A DNA stretch of 64,000 bases from NCBI GenBank assembly GCA_963663475.2, contig CAXXJV010000001.1, positions 1,824,001 through 1,888,000 of the forward strand, written 5' to 3'. This DNA comes from Candidatus Cloacimonadales bacterium. Lineage in GTDB: Bacteria > Cloacimonadota > Cloacimonadia > Cloacimonadales > JAFGVF01. Positions 10,562 to 20,387 of this stretch are shown piece after piece (positions within the stretch are counted from its first letter, which is position 1; each line of letters starts with the position of its first letter). A program made the position numbers and the translations under genes. Below the pieces are notes generated by a model. That model was not told where the DNA came from. It worked only from the letters and a program-made list of their open reading frames with translations, and did not search any database.

Positions 10562-11107
10562 TTAGCACTCTATTTTGGTATCAATATTTTTATACTTTAT
10601 CCCACCATCATTACGTTCTTCTTCACGAGCCATAATGTAAAGAAGGTCAGATAATCTATTAATGAAAGCAATAATGTTAGGGTTAACTTGTGTATGATTA
10701 TTTAGTTCAATAATCCTGCGTTCAGCTCTACGGGCAATTGTTCTACAAACATCTAACTTAGCTGATTGGAGAGTGTTACCTGGAACAACAAAACCTTTTA
10801 GCTCAACCTTAGCTTCAAAATGATGAACACAGTCTGTAAGTTTATCAATATCACTAGCTTCAATAGGGCTAACAAAGTCTTTTTCTACTGAGGCTAATTG
10901 ACCCATTATGCGCATTAACTTATTCTGAACCTCTTCAAGAACATCATGAACCTGTTTCAATTTAACGAAATGCTTGGCTTCTCCAATATGGGAATCAAGT
11001 TCATCTACTGTTCCGTAGGACTCTACTCTAATGTCCGATTTCTTTATTCTCTGACCAGACCATAAGCTGGTCATTCCTTTATCGCCACCCTTAGTAGATA
11101 TACTCAT
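10562..11107 (-). CDS. pduO: Cob(I)alamin adenosyltransferase, PduO type
   Basis: TKGGDKGMT, YGTVDEL, RTIARRAER, NRLSDLLY. Confidence 0.93.
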   Translation of the reverse strand: MSISTKGGDKGMTSLWSGQRIKKSDIRVESYGTVDELDSHIGEAKHFVKLKQVHDVLEEVQNKLMRIMGQLASVEKDFVSPIEASDIDKLTDCVHHFEAKVELKGFVVPGNTLQSAKLDVCRTIARRAERRIIELNNHTQVNPNIIAFINRLSDLLYIMAREEERNDGGIKYKNIDTKIEC

Positions 11108-11114
11108 AATAGGA

Positions 11115-11486
11115 CTACTTTGTAGCTGTTACAGAGATTTCTACAAGTCCACCTAAAGGTAATTCAGCTACTTGGAAAGCATAACGAGCAGGGAAAGGAG
11201 CTTTAAAATATTTGGCATATATTTCATTAACAATTTTAAACTGAGCTAAGTCTTTTAGAAATACTTCAGCTTTAACAACGTGCTCAAAACCCATTTCTGC
11301 TTCGGCTAAAATAGCCTTTAGATTAGAAAAAACACGTTCAGCTTGGGCTTCAAAACCTTCTTCAAATTTACCTGTTTCAGGATTGATTCCTAACTGACCT
11401 GATACGAATAAAAAACCGTTTGCTATTACTGCTTGTGAGTATGGTCCGACTGCTGCCGGAGCTTTATCTGTTGCTATAACTTTCAT
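11115..11486 (-). CDS. ridA: RidA/YjgF enamine deaminase
   Basis: APAAVGPYSQA, VSGQL, FPAR, LVEI. Confidence 0.92.
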   Translation of the reverse strand: MKVIATDKAPAAVGPYSQAVIANGFLFVSGQLGINPETGKFEEGFEAQAERVFSNLKAILAEAEMGFEHVVKAEVFLKDLAQFKIVNEIYAKYFKAPFPARYAFQVAELPLGGLVEISVTATK

Positions 11487-11918
11487 TGAAAATCTCCTAT
11501 ATTTATTATTTTAATACATATTAATTTTAAGGGCTTAGATGTCAAATGAAAAGTTAGATTCAAGGTTAAGATAAGTGAGATTTGTTATGAATAAGCAAGA
11601 AGAATAGGTAGCGTTCTGTCAATATACAGAAAAATATTTTTCAAATTTAAGGCAAGTTTAATTCTAGCTAATCTGACTAAAGTCTTATTTATATTTTACT
11701 AGATAAGGATTAATTTAATCTTAGAGTTATTTAACTGATTACAGAAAAAAGAGTATTTATTTTTAATAGTAAAGTAATATTAGACAGTAGGTAAAGACTC
11801 TTTTTATGGCTGAAGTTAACAAGAAAAGTTAATTTTTAGTTAAGAAAATCTTGACAAGTAGAATTACAATAGCAATATTTACACTGTAATTTATAAAAAC
11901 ACTAAGAAGGAAGGAAAA

Positions 11919-12623
11919 ATGAAACGCTTTTTAGCACTTTTACTTGTCGTATTTTCTATTTCTCTAGTCGCACAAAACTTACAAGTTCATTATGATTTCG
12001 GAGCTACTTCTGATGATCAAGAAGCTGGTTACCGTGAACACTTTACCACAACTGTCGAAATGTTTAAATTTGACCAATGGGGTTCCACATATGCTTTTAT
12101 CGATTTTGATTATAAAGATCAAATTGAAAGAAACAGTGCTTCTGGAGCTTATTGGGAAATTACTAGAATGTTTAATATCCCTCAGGTTAAGGGACTTCAA
12201 GCTGGTATTCAGTACAATGATGGATTAGGTGTTGGTAGTAGTTTTGGCAACGTCTGGTTAGCAGGTGTTCAATACCCAATCGATCTCAAAGTAGTAACTC
12301 TCTATACCAGTGCTTGGTTAAGAGATGCTGAAAATCAAGATCCTAATTTCCAAGTTACTTTAGTTTGGGAAAAGAAGTTCTTACAAGATCAAATAGTCTT
12401 TGCTGGTTTCTTAGATTTCTGGGGACAAGACAATGCTGATTTTGATGAAGATGGCGAAGATTCTCAATTTGTTCTCTTAACTGAACCTCAAATTTGGTGG
12501 GACTTACCTTGGCTTGATCCACTTTCAATTGGAACAGAAGTTGAACTCAGTCAAAACTTCATTTTTGGTGCTAATGATGATTTCATGGTTTGCCCTACAC
12601 TTGGCGTAAAGTGGGATTTCTAA
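11919..12623 (+). CDS. Outer-membrane nucleoside channel-like protein (DUF5020/Tsx-like)
   Basis: Signal peptide, QNLQVHYDFG...TTTVEMFK.D.WGSTY.F.DFD pattern, terminal Phe; first gene of nucleoside ABC operon. Confidence 0.75.
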   Translation: MKRFLALLLVVFSISLVAQNLQVHYDFGATSDDQEAGYREHFTTTVEMFKFDQWGSTYAFIDFDYKDQIERNSASGAYWEITRMFNIPQVKGLQAGIQYNDGLGVGSSFGNVWLAGVQYPIDLKVVTLYTSAWLRDAENQDPNFQVTLVWEKKFLQDQIVFAGFLDFWGQDNADFDEDGEDSQFVLLTEPQIWWDLPWLDPLSIGTEVELSQNFIFGANDDFMVCPTLGVKWDF

Positions 12624-12638
12624 ACTAGTTAATTTTTC

Positions 12639-12667
12639 GAGCGGACTTTAGTTCGCTCATTTTTTTA
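12639..12667 (+). terminator. Intra-operon terminator-like hairpin
   Basis: GAGCGGACT/AGTTCGCTC stem followed by T8. Confidence 0.7.
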
Positions 12668-12693
12668 TTAAAATTTATTAAAGAGAGGATAAA

Positions 12694-13776
12694 ATGAAAA
12701 GATTAATCTTAGGATTATTGGTTATTAGTTTGATTCTAGTAGCTGGTTGCGGTGGAGAAAAAGCCAAAGATGATTCCAAATTAAAAGTTGGCTTTGTCTA
12801 TATTGGCCCAGTTGGTGATGCTGGTTGGACATATGCTCACAACGAAGGTAGATTAGCAGTTGATAAAATGGATATTGTGAAAAAAACTATCTTTGCTGAA
12901 AATGTTAAAGAAAATGCTGAATCTGAAAGAACTATCAGACAGATGGCAGACCAAGGTTGTGATTTAATTTTTACAACTTCATTTGGTTTTATGGATTATA
13001 CACTTAATGTTGCTCAAGCATATCCAGACAAAACTTTCATGCATTGCTCTGGTTATAAAACAGCTGATAATATGTCTGCTTATTTCGGTAAAATGTATCA
13101 AGCAAGGTATCTTGCAGGTATTGCTGCTGGTAAAATGACCGAAAAGAACCTTATTGGTTATGTTGCTCCTTTCCCTATTCCTGAATGTACTCGCTTAGCT
13201 AACGCTTTCTACCTTGGTGTAAAAAGTGTAAACCCAGATGCTAAAATGAAAATAGTTTTCGTTAATTCTTGGTATGATCCTGCTAAGGAAAAAGAATATA
13301 CTCTTTCCTTAATTGACGCAGGTTGTGATTTAATAGCTCAACATGCAGACTCTGCAGCCCCACAACAAGCTGCTGAAGAAAGAGGTGTCTGGGCAATTGG
13401 TTATAATACTGATATGAGAGATTTTGCTCCAACTAAAAACTTAACATCAACTGTTTGGCATTGGGATGTTTTCTATACAGACGTTGTTGAAAAAGTTCAT
13501 AACAAAACTTGGGAATCAGGAAACTACTGGTTAGGTATTGAAACTGGTATTGTTGGTTTAGCACCATTTAGTCCTGATGTTCCTCAAGATGTTGTTAAAC
13601 TTGTTGAAGCCAAAAAACAAGAAATGATTGATGGTACTTTACATGTATTTGCTGGTCCTTTATCAGATAATAAAGGAGTTGAAAAAGTTCCTGAAGGTAC
13701 ATTAATGACTGACGAAGAACTTATTCAGTTTGATTGGTTTGTTGACGGAATTTATACAGAAACAATTAAGCAATAA
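12694..13776 (+). CDS. BMP-family ABC transporter substrate-binding lipoprotein (purine nucleoside type)
   Basis: Lipobox VAGC; GFVYIGPVGDAGWTYAH, TSFGF, SWYDP motifs. Confidence 0.92.
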   Translation: MKRLILGLLVISLILVAGCGGEKAKDDSKLKVGFVYIGPVGDAGWTYAHNEGRLAVDKMDIVKKTIFAENVKENAESERTIRQMADQGCDLIFTTSFGFMDYTLNVAQAYPDKTFMHCSGYKTADNMSAYFGKMYQARYLAGIAAGKMTEKNLIGYVAPFPIPECTRLANAFYLGVKSVNPDAKMKIVFVNSWYDPAKEKEYTLSLIDAGCDLIAQHADSAAPQQAAEERGVWAIGYNTDMRDFAPTKNLTSTVWHWDVFYTDVVEKVHNKTWESGNYWLGIETGIVGLAPFSPDVPQDVVKLVEAKKQEMIDGTLHVFAGPLSDNKGVEKVPEGTLMTDEELIQFDWFVDGIYTETIKQ

Positions 13777-13800
13777 TTAATTATGATATAATTATAGAGG

Positions 13801-13836
13801 TGAGGAAAAGCAATAAAACGCTTTTCCTCATTTTTT
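13801..13836 (+). terminator. Intra-operon terminator-like hairpin
   Basis: TGAGGAAAAGC/GCTTTTCCTCA 11-bp stem plus T6. Confidence 0.75.
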
Positions 13837-13905
13837 ATTTCACAAAAACAAGATCTTAAATTATTTAGGTATTATGATAATAAAATAACAAAGTAGAGGT
13901 ATATT

Positions 13906-15459
13906 TTGCAGACCGATAATAATCTAATTGTTGAGATGAAAGCTATTACCAAAAGTTTTTTTGGCAATAAGGCCAACGATAATGTTAGTTTCTCACTCAA
14001 AAAAGGAGAAATTCATGCTCTTCTAGGAGAAAATGGTACAGGCAAAACAACACTAATGAACATATTGACTGGTGTTTATGAACCTGATTCTGGAGAGATA
14101 ATCTATAAAGGCAAAAAATTAACCTATTCCTACCCAGGTCAAGCCCTTGAACTAGGCATAGGAATGGTTCATCAACGTTTCTCTTTAGTAGGAAGTTTAA
14201 CTGTCTTAGAAAACATTATCTTAGGGAATCCTAAGAACAAAATTTATCTTAATACACCAAAGATAAAGCAAGAACTTGAAAAATATGCTGAGGAATATAA
14301 GTTTCAAGTTGATTTAGATGCTACTGTCGAAAAACTACCAATCGGCTTGATGCAAAAGGCTGAAATCCTCAAAATGTTGGTAAGAAATGTAGATGTTCTG
14401 ATTGTTGATGAACCTACGACAGTTCTAACTAAACAGGAGACTGACAACTTATTAGTAAATCTTAAGAAAATAGCTGAATCAGGTAAATCTGTAGTTTTTA
14501 TCTCCCATAAAATGAAGGTAGTAAGAAGAATTGCAGATAGAATAACTGTTCTAAGAAAAGGTAAACTTATTGGCACAGTATTACCTGATGAAGTTACTCC
14601 AGAACAATTATCAATGATGATGGTAGGTAAGCAGAGTGGGGAAGTATTGACAAGAAAAGAACTTCCCAAACAAGATAGAATCCTAGCGGTTGAAGGTCTG
14701 CATGTTCATTCTGATAAAGGCTTATTAGCTGTTGATTCATTATCATTTGAGATGAGTAAGGGTGAGATTCTTGGTATTGCAGGTGTATCAGGTAATGGAC
14801 AAACTGAGCTTTCTGAAGCAATAGTTGGCATGCGAGAAATGCGGGATGGTAAAATCTGGTTCAAAGATAAAGTAATCAATAAACTCAGCGTTAAAGAAAA
14901 AATAGGCATGGGCATTAGTTATATTCCTTCAGATAGAATTCATGTAGGAGTTGCAGGTCAAAGACCTACTTGGGAAAATATCTGTATGAAGGTTTACCGC
15001 TACAAAAAATATAGTAATTTATTAGGTTTAAACAGAAAAATGATGAAGAATTATGCCGAAGATATAGTAAAAAAATATGATATAATTCAACCTGGTATAG
15101 AGTTTCCTTCACTTCTTTTATCTGGGGGGAATTTGCAGAAGGTGATTATTGGGAGAGAGATTGAAGCCGAAAGTGATCTTTATATCTGTGAATACCCAAC
15201 AAGAGGCTTGGACGTAGGAGCTACAGAGTTTGTCAGAAATACAATTCTAGAACTGAGGAATCAGGGCAAAGCTGTCATTTTGATATCAGGTGATTTAGAT
15301 GAGATATTTATGTTAGCAGATCGTATTGCCGTAATGCATTCAGGTAACTTTGTTTCTGTATTCCCTAATGGTAAATATGATGTTACCCAAATTGGATTAA
15401 TGATGAGTGGTACTTTAGAACATGAATTAGAAGTAAACAAAGGAGGTCTTGATGTATAA
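13906..15459 (+). CDS. Nucleoside ABC transporter ATP-binding protein (tandem ABC domains, NupA/YufO-like)
   Basis: GENGTGKT, DEPT, LSGGNLQK, PTRGLDVGA. Confidence 0.92.
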   Translation: MQTDNNLIVEMKAITKSFFGNKANDNVSFSLKKGEIHALLGENGTGKTTLMNILTGVYEPDSGEIIYKGKKLTYSYPGQALELGIGMVHQRFSLVGSLTVLENIILGNPKNKIYLNTPKIKQELEKYAEEYKFQVDLDATVEKLPIGLMQKAEILKMLVRNVDVLIVDEPTTVLTKQETDNLLVNLKKIAESGKSVVFISHKMKVVRRIADRITVLRKGKLIGTVLPDEVTPEQLSMMMVGKQSGEVLTRKELPKQDRILAVEGLHVHSDKGLLAVDSLSFEMSKGEILGIAGVSGNGQTELSEAIVGMREMRDGKIWFKDKVINKLSVKEKIGMGISYIPSDRIHVGVAGQRPTWENICMKVYRYKKYSNLLGLNRKMMKNYAEDIVKKYDIIQPGIEFPSLLLSGGNLQKVIIGREIEAESDLYICEYPTRGLDVGATEFVRNTILELRNQGKAVILISGDLDEIFMLADRIAVMHSGNFVSVFPNGKYDVTQIGLMMSGTLEHELEVNKGGLDV

Positions 15460-16504
15460 AGTTGTCCTAGAACAAAAAGAGAGAGTTTCACAGAATAAAG
15501 AACTATTATTCAATATTATAGCTATTTTTGTAGCTCTAATTCTCTCAGGCATCATTCTAGCTTTTTACGGTTTTAATCCCTTTACATCATTTGCAGGAAT
15601 GTTTAAAAGCACCTTTGGTAGTATGTTTGGCTTTAGTGAGACTATTGTAAAAACTATTCCTTTAATTTTTACCGGACTGTCTGTTGCTATGGCCTTAAAC
15701 AGTAAAGTTTGGAATGTGGGAGCTGAAGGACAATTATATATTGGTGCCTTATTTGCAGCTATTTTTGCTATCTATTTTCCTACTTTACCTAAAATATTTC
15801 AGATTCCTATGATATTACTTGTAAGTATGATTGGTGGAGCTTTATGGGCATTCTTCCCAGCTATTCTTAAAATGAAATTTAAAATGAATGAGGTGATTTC
15901 AACTCTCTTACTTAATTATGTTGCTATCAGTATTTTAGATTATTTTGTTTATGGCCCAATGAAAAGAAAAGATAATTTTCCTTTTTCAGAAGATATTCCG
16001 CCTGAAGCAGTTTTTAATAAAATAGGTTTTCAAAATGTTCATATAGGAATCTTCTTTGCTTTAATTCTGGTTTTGATAATTTACTATGTATTAAAATATA
16101 CTAAGTTTGGTTATGAATTAAGAATTATTGGCTCAAGTATCAAGGCAGCTCATTATGCAGGAGTTAACTATGAGAAGATGATGCTTTTTGTATTCTTGCT
16201 TAGTGGTGCTTTTGCAGGACTTGCTGGTGCAAATCAATTATGTGGAATTGAATATAAATTACACTCCCATATCTCAGATGATTTAGGTTATACAGGTATT
16301 ATTGTGGCCTGGTTAGCAAGATCAAATCCTTTTATGATTGTCGCCTTTGCCTTCTTTATGAGTTCTTTGATAATTGGTTCTGAAGCCCTACAATATGAAG
16401 GAGTTCCTGTTGCTATCGGTAAAGTTATGCAAAGTTTGATACTATTTTCCATTTTAGGAAGTGAATTGTTTAAAAATTACAGAGTTAAAATTAAAAGAGG
16501 TTAA
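15452..16504 (+). CDS. Nucleoside ABC transporter permease
   Basis: WNVGAEGQ, GIIVAWLARSNP; ATG at 15452 follows AGGAGG. Confidence 0.9.
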   Translation: MYKVVLEQKERVSQNKELLFNIIAIFVALILSGIILAFYGFNPFTSFAGMFKSTFGSMFGFSETIVKTIPLIFTGLSVAMALNSKVWNVGAEGQLYIGALFAAIFAIYFPTLPKIFQIPMILLVSMIGGALWAFFPAILKMKFKMNEVISTLLLNYVAISILDYFVYGPMKRKDNFPFSEDIPPEAVFNKIGFQNVHIGIFFALILVLIIYYVLKYTKFGYELRIIGSSIKAAHYAGVNYEKMMLFVFLLSGAFAGLAGANQLCGIEYKLHSHISDDLGYTGIIVAWLARSNPFMIVAFAFFMSSLIIGSEALQYEGVPVAIGKVMQSLILFSILGSELFKNYRVKIKRG

Positions 16505-16506
16505 GC

Positions 16507-17451
16507 ATGACTTTTTACGAAATTATTATTACCCTGTTAGTTTCTGCCATAAAGAGTGGTACAATTGTTATTTTCGCCACTGTGGGTGAGATTTATACTG
16601 AACGCTCTGGAATCTTAAATTTAGGTGTGGAAGGTATGATGTTACTGGGAGCTTTTGCTGGATATGCAACAGCTGTTATGACACATAACATCTTTCTAGC
16701 CTTTCTGATAGCAGGTCTTGTTGGATCTTTAGTTGCGCTTATTCATGCTTTTATTACAATTACACTCAGAGCTAATCAAGTTGTATCTGGCTTAGCTCTT
16801 ACCATGTTTGGTGGTGGTGTATCCTCATTCCTAGGTAAAGGATTTGTTAAAATGCCTCTTCCTGAAAGTGTTAAATTATGGACTCTTCCCATTAAGATAC
16901 CCCTTTTAGGTGATATTCCTGTAATTGGACAAGTTTTGTTTAATCATAACATTTTCGTTTATATTTCCTATTTTATTCCTATAATTGCCTGGTTTGTCTT
17001 GAGTAAAACAAAATGGGGTTTGGCTATTAGATCAACTGGAGAAGAACCATTAGCTAGTGAAATTATGGGTATAAAAGTAATCCGTGTTAGATACCTATCT
17101 ACCTTGTTAGGAGGCCTCCTCTGTGGTATTTCAGGCGCTTATCTGTCAATTGTCTATTCTTCCTTGTGGGGAGATGGAATGACGGCTGGTAGAGGTTGGA
17201 TTACTATTGCTCTCGTTATATTCTCAAACTGGAGACCTATGTATGTCTTTTTGGGAGCTTATCTCTTTGGGGGAATGGAAGCTATTATCCCAAGATTACA
17301 GGCCTTTGGTGTTGAACTATCTCCACAACTCTTAAAGTCTGTACCTTATATCTTTACCATCCTCTTCTTGTTGATCATTCAGTTAAGAGGGACAAGATCT
17401 AATATGCCTAAGAACTTAGGAAATGCTTACTTTAGAGAGGGTAGAGATTAG
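16507..17451 (+). CDS. Nucleoside ABC transporter permease
   Basis: ERSGILNLGVEGMM, ANQVVSG, GRGWITIALV. Confidence 0.9.
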   Translation: MTFYEIIITLLVSAIKSGTIVIFATVGEIYTERSGILNLGVEGMMLLGAFAGYATAVMTHNIFLAFLIAGLVGSLVALIHAFITITLRANQVVSGLALTMFGGGVSSFLGKGFVKMPLPESVKLWTLPIKIPLLGDIPVIGQVLFNHNIFVYISYFIPIIAWFVLSKTKWGLAIRSTGEEPLASEIMGIKVIRVRYLSTLLGGLLCGISGAYLSIVYSSLWGDGMTAGRGWITIALVIFSNWRPMYVFLGAYLFGGMEAIIPRLQAFGVELSPQLLKSVPYIFTILFLLIIQLRGTRSNMPKNLGNAYFREGRD

Positions 17452-17467
17452 TTACAAGTTTCTATAA

Positions 17468-17630
17468 ACCCAAATAGTGCAGTAGACCTTTGTGAATAGC
17501 AGAATATTCTTCTGCAAAAGTAAGATCCATAATTTCTCCGAATATATAAATTATATGCGTCAAAATTCTGTAAGCTATTTTGCTAGAATAATCTGCACTC
17601 TTCACTAAAACTCGACTACACTATCTGGGA
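17468..17630 (+). mobile_element. Family A repeat, longest copy A4 (163 bp)
   Basis: ACCCAAATAGTGCAGTAGACCTTTGTGAATAGCAG...CTACACTATCTGGGA, flanked by TAA/TAA; about 65 bp extra central sequence. Confidence 0.75.
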
Positions 17631-17639
17631 TAAAAAAAA

Positions 17640-17678
17640 GCAGTAGATCTTAACAAAGATCTACTGCACCAATTGCGT
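17640..17678. repeat. Family A fragment A5 (minimal hairpin)
   Basis: GCAGTAGATCTT/AAGATCTACTGC perfect 12-bp stem, then ACCAATTGCGT resembling the right end. Confidence 0.6.
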
Positions 17679-17691
17679 TTAAATTTCAAAA

Positions 17692-18078
17692 TTAATTGTG
17701 ATGAAGTCTAAAAGTATGAGGCAATATTTCCTTCAGAGAAGTTTCAACTATCTTATCATCATTACCATAATAAATAGCAATATCTTGGCCAAATTCAGCT
17801 AATACTTGCCTACAAGCACCACAAGGTGGGAATATCTTATCTGAATCTACATAGATTGCTATCTCAACTATCTTGTTATCGCCATTGCTTACCATATTGA
17901 AAATAGCATTTCTTTCAGCACACATGGACAGTCCGTACGAAGCATTTTCTACATTGCATCCTTGATAAATATTTCCTGTATCTGTCAACAGAGCTGCCCC
18001 AACTCTAAAGTGAGAATAGGGAGCATAAGCCTTTTGAGCAACTTCTTTAGCAATTGCAAAAAGTTCTTTATTAACCAT
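17692..18078 (-). CDS. cdd: Cytidine deaminase (homotetrameric type)
   Basis: AYAPYSHFRVGAA, NVENASY, CAERNA, PCGACRQ. Confidence 0.96.
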   Translation of the reverse strand: MVNKELFAIAKEVAQKAYAPYSHFRVGAALLTDTGNIYQGCNVENASYGLSMCAERNAIFNMVSNGDNKIVEIAIYVDSDKIFPPCGACRQVLAEFGQDIAIYYGNDDKIVETSLKEILPHTFRLHHN

Positions 18079-18096
18079 TATTTATCCTTTGTTAAG

Positions 18097-19197
18097 TTAT
18101 GAAAGTAAAGCTATGATTATACCACCAGCTATGACTGAACCGATCTGGCCACCAACATTAGCAGAGACAGCAGGCATGAGTAAGAAGTTGTAAGGATCTT
18201 CTTTTAAACCCATTTTATGAATAACTCGGGCAGACATTGGGAAGGCTGAAATACCACAGGCACCTATCATAGGATTAACTTTATTCTTTGAAAATAGATT
18301 CATTATTTTAGCAAATATTACACCGCCAGCAGTATCAAAAACAAAGGCTAGTAAACCTAAACCAAGAATCATGATAGTTTCCCATTGTAAGAATTTATCA
18401 CCAGTCATTGTTGAAGCTATAGCAATACCAAGAACTATAGTAACTAAGTGAGCTAAGGTGGTTTGGGCTGTTTCTGAGATAGATTTCAAGACACCACATT
18501 CTCTAATTAGATTACCAAACATTAAGAAGCCTATTAATGATACTGATTCTGGAGCAACTAAGCCAGCAGCAAAAGTAACCAGGATAGGAAAGAGAATTTT
18601 TACTACTCGAGGAATATCACTTGCTTGGTATTCCATTCTGATTAATCTTTCTTTTTTACTGGTAAGCAATCTAACAACTGGTGGCTGAATTAGAGGTACA
18701 AGAGCCATGTAAGAGTAAGCTGCTACAGATATAGGTCCAAGTAAATCTTTAGCAAAACGGTTAGCAACAAAAATAGAAGTTGGACCATCAGCAGCTCCAA
18801 TAATTCCAATTGCAGCTGCATCTTTGATAGTAAAGCCAACAGCTGCAGCTAAGATGATAGTTACGAAAATACCAAATTGAGCTGCTCCACCGAAGAGTAA
18901 CATTTTGGGGTTTTGTAAGAGGGGGGTGAAATCAATCATAGCGCCAATAGCTATAAAGAGGATAAGGGGGAAGAGCTCGTTAGCTATACCCATCTTAAAG
19001 AGGATTGAAAGAGCACCATGTTCTCCAATTGCACCTGAAAAAGGAATATTTGTGAGGATTGTTCCAAAACCTAAAGGGAGAAGGAGAGTTGGTTCATAAT
19101 CTTTAGCAATCGCTAGATAAACTAGTAGGCCGCCAATTAGATACATCACCCATAATCTCCAATCATCTAAAGCTAAAACACCACGTAAGAATTCCAT
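18097..19197 (-). CDS. Na+-translocating decarboxylase beta subunit (OadB/GcdB/MmdB family)
   Basis: YEPTLLLP, IGAMIDF, IGAADGPT, AYSYMALVP, SAFPMSAR. Confidence 0.93.
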   Translation of the reverse strand: MEFLRGVLALDDWRLWVMYLIGGLLVYLAIAKDYEPTLLLPLGFGTILTNIPFSGAIGEHGALSILFKMGIANELFPLILFIAIGAMIDFTPLLQNPKMLLFGGAAQFGIFVTIILAAAVGFTIKDAAAIGIIGAADGPTSIFVANRFAKDLLGPISVAAYSYMALVPLIQPPVVRLLTSKKERLIRMEYQASDIPRVVKILFPILVTFAAGLVAPESVSLIGFLMFGNLIRECGVLKSISETAQTTLAHLVTIVLGIAIASTMTGDKFLQWETIMILGLGLLAFVFDTAGGVIFAKIMNLFSKNKVNPMIGACGISAFPMSARVIHKMGLKEDPYNFLLMPAVSANVGGQIGSVIAGGIIIALLS

Positions 19198-19214
19198 TAT
19201 TTCTCCATTTATTA

Positions 19215-20228
19215 TTATTTTTTTAAATATCTTAAGACAGTTTTTGGGAACTTATCAGTTGCCAAGATAAATGAATTATTATCATACTTAACAATGCCTT
19301 CCCAGTTATATGACACATCTCTAGCTTCTTTTTTTATGTAGATAGGGTCTCTACTGGTATCATATTTAATTTCATTATCATTGATTATTAGAGGAATAAT
19401 TCTCTCAACTCCGTATTCAATGTTGTTGGTTTGGGGGAAAGAATTAGGGATATTATCTTCATCAGGATTATAATGACTAGCATCACCAGGCCAGAAATAA
19501 TTAATAGCCCAGGCTCTACCTGTTTCATCAAAAGCAGTAATATCAGTAATTCTATATTCAATAGCTGCAAATTTAACATCCTCTACCTTAGTTAGGTCAG
19601 AAGATATCTTTTTTACAATAGCATTGTTATTTACATTAATGCCATTTGCTTCATAAATTAGGTAAATATCATTGTTGTAGGAGGAAATTGATTCATAGGA
19701 AGCATTAAAAACATTTGCAGGTAAATCAAGTATAATATGTTGGTCATTTAGAATTTCAAGTTTCTTATTATCTTGAGAAAGTTGGGCTTTTACTACAAGT
19801 CCTTTTTGAGTAGAAGAATTGAATTCTACTGATAAATAGAAGTAATTTCCATCATAGCAGATACCTTCGAAACCTTCATAACCAGGAAGTAATTTATATG
19901 TTTCATTATTTACTACTTGAATTTTACTTGCTTCTAAAATTGCTTTACCTTTTCTCTTTATTGCTTTAGATAACTGGTCTTTAGTTAGCATAAAAATAAC
20001 ATCTTCATCTATTTTAGAGCGGAAGTAGGAAGGGTATTGGGGTAGTAAGATAAGCTTATCTTGATACCAACAGAGGGATGAATACTCTGCATTCCTATCT
20101 GAAGCAAGTTCTGTTAGGTTAAAATCAAAATATAACTTTGAATAATCTTGATTGTCTCCTCCAGTGAAGAGGGAACAAGAAGTCAAGATTACTGAGAAAA
20201 GAGATATAATCAGTAATTTCTTCCACAT
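19215..20228 (-). CDS. Hypothetical lipoprotein, probable beta-propeller
   Basis: Lipobox LTSC; repeated blade-like motifs EYSSL, GFEGI, YESI, NWEGI, LATD. Confidence 0.55.
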   Translation of the reverse strand: MWKKLLIISLFSVILTSCSLFTGGDNQDYSKLYFDFNLTELASDRNAEYSSLCWYQDKLILLPQYPSYFRSKIDEDVIFMLTKDQLSKAIKRKGKAILEASKIQVVNNETYKLLPGYEGFEGICYDGNYFYLSVEFNSSTQKGLVVKAQLSQDNKKLEILNDQHIILDLPANVFNASYESISSYNNDIYLIYEANGINVNNNAIVKKISSDLTKVEDVKFAAIEYRITDITAFDETGRAWAINYFWPGDASHYNPDEDNIPNSFPQTNNIEYGVERIIPLIINDNEIKYDTSRDPIYIKKEARDVSYNWEGIVKYDNNSFILATDKFPKTVLRYLKK

Positions 20229-20387
20229 ATAATAATCCTTTTTTTCTTAATCTTCGATTTTCCAATCAAAGAAATATAATCCTGCTCTCAAGTAAAGCAA
20301 AAAGTTAATTAATAGCTTAGATCAGAATAATACTATTCTGCTTGGTTATTTTTTAGCATGAATTATCTGAGTTATTTTCTTAAGTAT

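Noticed and set aside
11487-11918. Purine riboswitch upstream of the nucleoside operon
   Set aside because: No purine aptamer consensus visible; only AT-rich divergent promoter DNA and a weak imperfect inverted repeat around 11745-11805.
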